A DNA stretch of 64,000 bases from Lingula anatina (lineage: Eukaryota > Animalia > Brachiopoda). Below are positions 57,560 to 64,000 of the stretch, one piece after another. Each line of letters opens with the position of its first letter. The stretch's first letter is position 1. The position numbers and the translations under genes were made by a program. The notes below the pieces were generated by a model that was not told the DNA's origin, made no database searches, and saw only the letters and a list, made by a program, of their open reading frames with translations. Where the stretch lies: positions 15,872,001 to 15,936,000 of the forward strand of contig CM120646.1 in NCBI GenBank assembly GCA_051362555.1. Reading direction: 5' to 3'.

Positions 57560-58760
57560 TTAATACTTCATACATATGCGGGGTGCCTCACTGGGCACCT
57601 GTGATTGAAGAAAAGAAGACCGACCCTACAAACTGAAGTTGAGTTAGTGCTTAGTGATTCATACTAAGTTTGGAAAAGAAAAAGTAAGAACCTCATGTAC
57701 CGGTAAACGGAGCGATGTTTCCTGTATTGATGATTCTGCAAATCTTTTGGTAACTTTTAGATTGGTACTTGTCAGCCAAATTAAACATTTATCGCCGAGC
57801 AATTTATGTGTCACAAATGTTTGTCAAATCTGGGTTTATTCACTTTTATCTGAATCTTGATTTGTTATCCAAGGAGTAAAATAAGGCATGTTGTCTAAGA
57901 AAATGAGAAACAATTGCACATGACCAATGTATAAGAAAAACAAGCTAAATGTCATGTTTAGTATCATTCAATTAACATAAACAGTAAAAATTTCGCATTC
58001 AATTTTAAGTTTCCTTCATACCTTATAACGATGCCATAAAATTTGAACAATCAGAAAAAAATGAAACGTCAGTGTTTGAATTAAATCAACATTTTTGGTT
58101 TTGAAAAGACATCCAGGTAATGACGTCAGCTATGTGAGAAATGGTTTTCTTTTGCTATTCTTTGTAACGGAAGTGAGAGCCCCGTCTACTCGGCCGTTCT
58201 TAGGGTCCACGTGGTTACACCTTTATGTGACGTTATTTGTGGATGTGTTTTCCAAACCAAAAAGGTCTATTTATCATCCTCCTATTTGTTGTCTTCCTAT
58301 TTCTGATACAGGCGATTGTGTCAAAGAGCCCTCTCTCAGTTTTATGTTTTAAATGAAAAATCATTCTTGACGCGGTATATTCATGGTTTTTCTCTACTGA
58401 AACTACAATCGCTGTGCCTTCAATTTCTCTGTTTACAGGCATATCATAAACTGACTGTTCACGTTTCTATGGTGATGGTATCTTGGATAAATTGTCAATT
58501 GATGAAAAAACGCCAGTGAATCTTTTATAGAAAGCGGTGGATTTCCAACTTGTCCAATCAAAACTTGTGTTACTGAATATCTGGGTCAGCTACTGCTTCG
58601 TCTGATTTTTATTAACATTCTCTGGGAGAGCCCAAAAATTCCCTTAGAGAATGGGACTCCAGTGACGTCATCTCCTCCCAATCGAACGAGATTCTGAAAC
58701 GTAATAACATATTTGTGAATCAGGTGATTTGTACGAGCTCTTTTAGAATGGTACTAAATG

Positions 58761-59757
58761 CTAAGCAATGGCTGGGAAAATAAATTCATTCAATCTGCTC
58801 AACGGCTAAATGGACAGTTTTCAATATGAAGCATGCTGTCAAGCGCCCGTTGTTATTTGGTGGCATACGTCTTCACGGGAACTAAACACAATTCACAAAA
58901 TAAAGTAATTATTCCTATTCATATGATACTCCTGAGAGGAAAAAAAGCGAAGGTAATGGGAAAAATTACTCCATTTATAATAATTAAGAAAACGAAAGAT
59001 CAAAGAAAGCATCAGAAGATGACGTGATAGCCACAACGCTATACACAGCACAGGTGGAAACACATAACCACAAACCACTTACTTAATTCAAAAATTCTGA
59101 AGAAAGCATCCTGAGACGGTAAATGCTGTAAACGTCCGCGTTTTTTACTATGTGGAATTTCACACGTGGTCATGCAATCGTCGTAGGTCCTTATTACATA
59201 TAAGACATTCTCGTAAAGTCCTGACAGGGACGGAAACGCCTGAAGAGATTTCAACAGTGACTGGACAAAACCAGTAAATGTATCTGGAAGGAAGAAGACC
59301 ATTGGTCATTATCTCTCGTATTGCATGGGGATGCATTGTCCAATGTTACTTAAATAAAGCAACACTAAATTTGTCTGAGGAACATATAACTTGGGGTAAT
59401 TTATATAATTATTAGTATCGTTTCACGAATATTTATGGTAACAACAGACACAGGTGATGCAAAGATAGATAGCGTTTAAAGAATTAAAATTAAAAGCACA
59501 GGGATACAACCGTTTATTAGATTAATAATTAAAATGAATGGACCAACTATGCTAAGTTCATCATCTTAATAAAGGAGACCAAATGTCAATAAGTCACCTG
59601 AGCTGTGTTTACTTCTCCAGTAGTCTTTCAAAGATGCCACGTCTTCTGTCTCACAGCGCACTTCACACAAGGTGGCGCTGCTCGTTAAACTCATGACGCA
59701 GGTTAGTAGTACTGTGGTCTGAATAAACATCCACACTGATTTGGTGCAATTTCTCAT
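58761..59757 (-). CDS. Small secreted protein or peptide-hormone-like precursor (about 123 aa) with two CxxxC motifs and a KKRG cleavage-like site
   Basis: Exons 59598-59757 (cag|ATG, signal peptide, donor G|gtgact), 59083-59283 (donor A|gtaagt) and a probable last exon 58761-58771 (TAG). Upstream exon 61904 to about 61965. Confidence 0.7.
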
Positions 59758-60809
59758 CTGAAATAAAAGCAGACAATGAGAATTGAAAAAAATATTTGGT
59801 CGTTTAAACTAAGATATCTTGCCCATGCTGAAGAAGTAACAAACTTAAGGTACGGTCAAACGATCAAGCAGTATATGTATGTGATAGATAAATAAATAAA
59901 TATGAATCTGGAAAAAGTCGGTAGGTGGTGCTGTAGGCGATGGCTAACAGGACTTTTGCTCCCTGGAAAAATCAAATCATTTTGTTGTGATCTTTCCTCG
60001 TAAACAGACTCCACAATGCCGTGACCTGAGGTGCGTTAGTGTCATTAGAAAAAAAAAATATAGCAAGGTCAGAAGACTTTAATGAACACCCAGATAAACA
60101 GGACCGAATAGAGTGTCATTCAGTCTCATTTACATCTCATGGTATTAGTGCATGGTGCAATTTAGGCATTTGCACAGGATCTTTAAAAAAGCACTTGATA
60201 TAAGTTAAATCGTGCTTGTAACCGCCTTTGTTACTTGTACCATGGACCCAAAGCAGATATGTTAATGGATATAATGCATTGAGGATCTGGTTACTAAAAT
60301 TGCATATCTGTAACCTTTTTTGTTCTGGTGACAACCAAAACTACACCACGTTTACTGGCATACGAAGGTTATTTTAAAATGTAACCTATTAAGCAAAATG
60401 AAGGAAACCACCGGCATCAATAAATGCTTGTTGCAAAACGTTAATGACATCAAATCGGGTACCGATTTTTGAAAAGACAGACCTGTTCATCAGTTAATAT
60501 ACGTAGTATGGTTGTATGAAGTAATTAAAGATATGGTACATGTATCCGCACTTAAATATATCAAAGTAGTAAATATCCTATCCTGTAAAGCTACCTATCT
60601 TTCTTAAAACAGACTTTCAGACTTAAAACAGACTGAATGAATCACGATTCGTTTAGAACAAAATTATATAATGAGATTTTGTATACAATATCGAGAACGG
60701 GTCGAGCAATCAGGAACACGAGGAAAATGTTTTTTCTCTCGACAGAAATGATAGAAAGTCTTTTATATCGCCGTAATAAAGCGGGGGATGCAAGTGCAAT
60801 CAATGGAAT

Positions 60810-60975
60810 CAACTGAATTATCTGACACGCTTCCTCAAGCAGATAGGGGGTATTTAAGTCGAGCGAACACGAAAGTTAATTAATACCTTCCTTTTTGAGG
60901 AGGCGTGTCATTCAGTTCAGCCCCCACAGTGTTGGACTGACCCATTTCGTACGATGTGTCTATCTGAATGCTCCC
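60810..60975. mobile_element. MITE family B partial copy
   Basis: Shares tgacacgcttcctcaagcag...tgtcattcagtt...tgtgtctatctgaatgctccc with 29245-29542. Confidence 0.7.
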
Positions 60976-61249
60976 TTAAATTGCAATTTCATGGTGCGAT
61001 TGCAATTACTCACAAGCACAGACAATCAGAAAATGATGGAAGCGGCTGACAGCTGAAGGATTTTTAGACGTAATATCTTACAAAATCACATAGGTATATG
61101 TAGCTTCTCATGTAAATTATGTTCTAATGTTAAACATAAAACGGTTTCCAACTCTTCTTATAAGATTCAAAATTCCACATAAATACATTCTAAACAACAC
61201 ATAGAAATATAACCAATTCCATTTTATCAGCAAAACGGCAGTTATCGTT

Positions 61250-61490
61250 ATTCTGGAATCTGTTGGACCACTTGAAAATCAAAGCGTGCTCCCCTCCGTA
61301 ATATTCTCCTAAGAGATTATTCCAAAATAATAATAATAATAATAATAAAAACACTTAAAGAAACGATCGACTAACTTTGAATGTAGGAACGGATTCATTT
61401 ACCATTGGCAAGTATGGGGGAATCGTCGTTTACCCCGGGCAAATCCGTTGTATGGCACTCTGTCCGCCAAAACGAAGAATTGTTTTCCCT
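61250..61490. mobile_element. Partial copy of the TTAA-flanked element at 57281-57559
   Basis: Shared ctccgtaatattctc, accattgg.aagtatgggg and terminal tccct|ttaa. Confidence 0.7.
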
Positions 61491-61903
61491 TTAACTGTAT
61501 GCAGAGCTAATGAAAAGTTCGCTCTTAAAGCCTTTCATCTTCCCACATGCATGTAAAATAGTGTTGCTTATTCTAATTAGATAAATGCCTTTTATGTTGC
61601 GCGTTTCTGATGGTGATGTTTTTTAAATCAATCGCGATCGTGTGCTCCAGAACAATTTACTCGTATTGAAACGAATAGCCTCTACTGTACTTACGATACG
61701 CATTTTGAATGGCTTGGAACTCAGTCAACGTGTCTTCCTTTTATTACGATTTCTTCTACGGAAGATGCATGAAAACGTTATCCAAATAACATCATTCTTT
61801 AATTAAACAAAGCAAACGTCTTTAAGAAATTCTGACTGAGCTTTCTGGAATTGTGCCTTTTCGACAGTCTTGAGAGTTACTAAAAAATCAAATAAAAATT
61901 TAC

Positions 61904-62020
61904 CTTGTGTTGCAGTGATAGTCCATACTCCAGGCTAGCTCTCTGATAAACACGCGTCATGACTTCAATAAAAGCCAGTACGGAAAATCGTGTTATATAC
62001 TGCCAGACCTATAACGTCAC
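61904..62020 (-). promoter_or_regulatory. First exon, TATA box and CRE-like site of the secreted-peptide gene
   Basis: Minus-strand TATATAA at 61999-61993, TGACGTTA at 62019-62012, donor AAG|gtaaat at 61904/61903. The ATG at 61960 is in frame with the next exon. Confidence 0.55.
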
Positions 62021-64000
62021 ATGTCGCCCCAATTAAAAAGAAACCCAAAGAACCGTACTTGTTTGTCACATCTCTACGTTAAGTGACTCACTAGGCTTTG
62101 ACTAGTACTATCCGGACCGTCTATTCCTGTGCAATGCTCTATTAAGCGTCATTAAAGAGCTACCCAGCCGTATCGGACAGATATGCTATAATACAGCCAC
62201 GTGGGTCGTGTGCATCGAATAATGTGTATGCATTCGTCCTTTTGTGACAATGGGCGGGGTTAGGGGTCAAGTGCAAATATTGACAGTTGAGGCAGGAAGC
62301 CGTCTGAGTCAATACATTCCAGGGTAATTAATCATTAAGTCAAGGATCCAGCACGTATAGACGTGGAAATGGCTTTTTGGTCCAGGCAACTGAAATATAA
62401 AGCAAACCCGTACGTACTTTCAAAAAGGTATTGAGCAGACAGACTGATAATCTAATCGGGATCATCTCCTTATACAAAATGACCTAATAAAAAGGATTTT
62501 CTTTGTCGATAACGGTTTATCTTGTACTACCAAAACATACAGTAGTATATTACAAGTCTAGTACTTTTTCCTCTTCCTCAATAGAGCAAGATGCAGCCCA
62601 CTTCATAAAGTCAATGGTCAAAGAGTTGGTCCAAAGCTTACGAACACTGGAAAAGAGGAAGCTCGGGTAGTAAACAGAGTGAAGTGGTCAGGTGAAAATG
62701 TGTCTATAAATATAGCTCTTCCTCTAAGATTACCCATGGGTGACATATTGCCGTGTAAATACCCATTACCTCCCATATCGACATGTCAATAGAATGTTGA
62801 AGGTGTGTTCCAAACGAGTCACACACTGTCTCTATATCATTTGAATTGACTCAGATTCGGTTGAATGGACTAGACGGTAAGGAATAGTTAGAATTGTCCG
62901 TAAGGAATTGCCCTTCCGGAATACGTGCGTCAAGGCATCGGTCAACTCGCTGTGCGGGGTGCACTTTGATAAAGTTAGTAATGCAAGCATGCTTTTCCAG
63001 TGTCAGCTCTTATAAATAGTAGTCGTACCTCTTGGGAGTTAATTGGTATCACTTTCTGGTGTAGCTCATCAAAGAGAGTTGGGGTTTTAGTAGCGCCCAG
63101 GACGCATGTTTCTATGCAATATTGTCCACATTGGTTCTACACGTACGTTAGCCCAGTGTCTGATTGAAATGACGAGATGCTTGCATTAACCAGTAAATTA
63201 GAAGGGTTAAAGTCATGACTTGACCAGTGTAGATAAACCTCTCCAAAGTTAATACGTGTAAAAAACTCTTTAGCAAAATCATGTTGCTCTAAAGTCAGAT
63301 GGGTAATGTATTGTTTTAAAATAAATTTTTATCACATTTTTTCTGGATACAGCTTTTGTAAACAAACAAAAATTCAATAACATACACCATTAGTGAGCCA
63401 CTGCTTTTATTGGGCTTCAATAACATTAATCAGATCTATAGATTGATTGACCATAACGGTTGAAACAAAAAAAGGAATTTTATTACCCAGAAGGGATATA
63501 CAACGGTATCTAGGAAACATAATTTTTGCCGAAAAGGGTTTTGTTCTTTTCGCTTAAACGGGAGTGTCCCTTAACTGAAGTGATGAAATCCTTTTATATG
63601 TGTCATGTATGATATGACGACTTTATCTGCTTCAATGTTCCAACAAAGTCGCACTTTCAGTACTCAAAAAGGAGCAGCTAATGTAAAAAAGTATCATATT
63701 CCATGTCATCTCACCGTCACTTACCGTATTCCAGTTCCAATCGAACATAAATGAGGTGTAATCGTGCATTTTTTTTAATCAAAAGGATATTCTATAATTC
63801 AAAATGCAGAATTCAATATCCACTTTAGGAAACCAGCTTACTATCCGGCAAAAATCAGTGAGACTTTGCTGCTAGCGCTAGTTTACAAAGCAAGAGCTGC
63901 AAGACAAAAGGTGAATCACATAATCTACCCTTACCTTTAGATTGACAGCAGCTGTCTTGAAAAAAAGCAGCTGTTTACAGATTTACTTTTGTTTGTATTC

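Noticed and set aside
62520-63250. Stretch with coding-like composition on the minus strand
   Set aside because: The frames I translated are interrupted by stops and show no recognisable motif; it may be an old relic but cannot be supported without a search.

Overview
AT-rich, intron-rich animal genomic DNA. It is probably a non-vertebrate bilaterian such as a lophotrochozoan, but the taxon cannot be fixed from the sequence. I reconstructed six host genes by hand from GT-AG exons with consistent phases: (1) the 3' part of a GPATCH8/ZNF804-family RS-domain gene (+, 2714-14068); (2) a small signal-peptide, single Ig-like, GPI-anchor-type gene (-, 17266-19393); (3) a complete 23-coding-exon mitochondrial alanyl-tRNA synthetase AARS2 (-, 23006-34363); (4) a CUB-like type I membrane protein with a PPPY tail (-, 41830-44289); (5) an NHL-repeat-only protein (-, 52353-53957); (6) an unrecognised secreted Cys-motif peptide precursor (-, about 58761-61960). 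Also present are a tRNA-Ser(AGA) with a decayed tandem copy, an intact and very young Gypsy LTR retrotransposon (46044-52164, identical LTRs), LINE relics, decayed DNA-transposon genes and many MITEs, several nested. The most notable signals are: an H-type pseudoknot with a non-canonical slippery site at the gag/pol junction; insertion of that retrotransposon inside the predicted poly(A) signal of the NHL gene; an in-frame duplicated acceptor in the AARS2 editing site; microexon and poison-exon candidates in the GPATCH8 intron; and the orphan secreted-peptide and GPI-Ig genes. All models are manual and need RNA-seq and homology confirmation.
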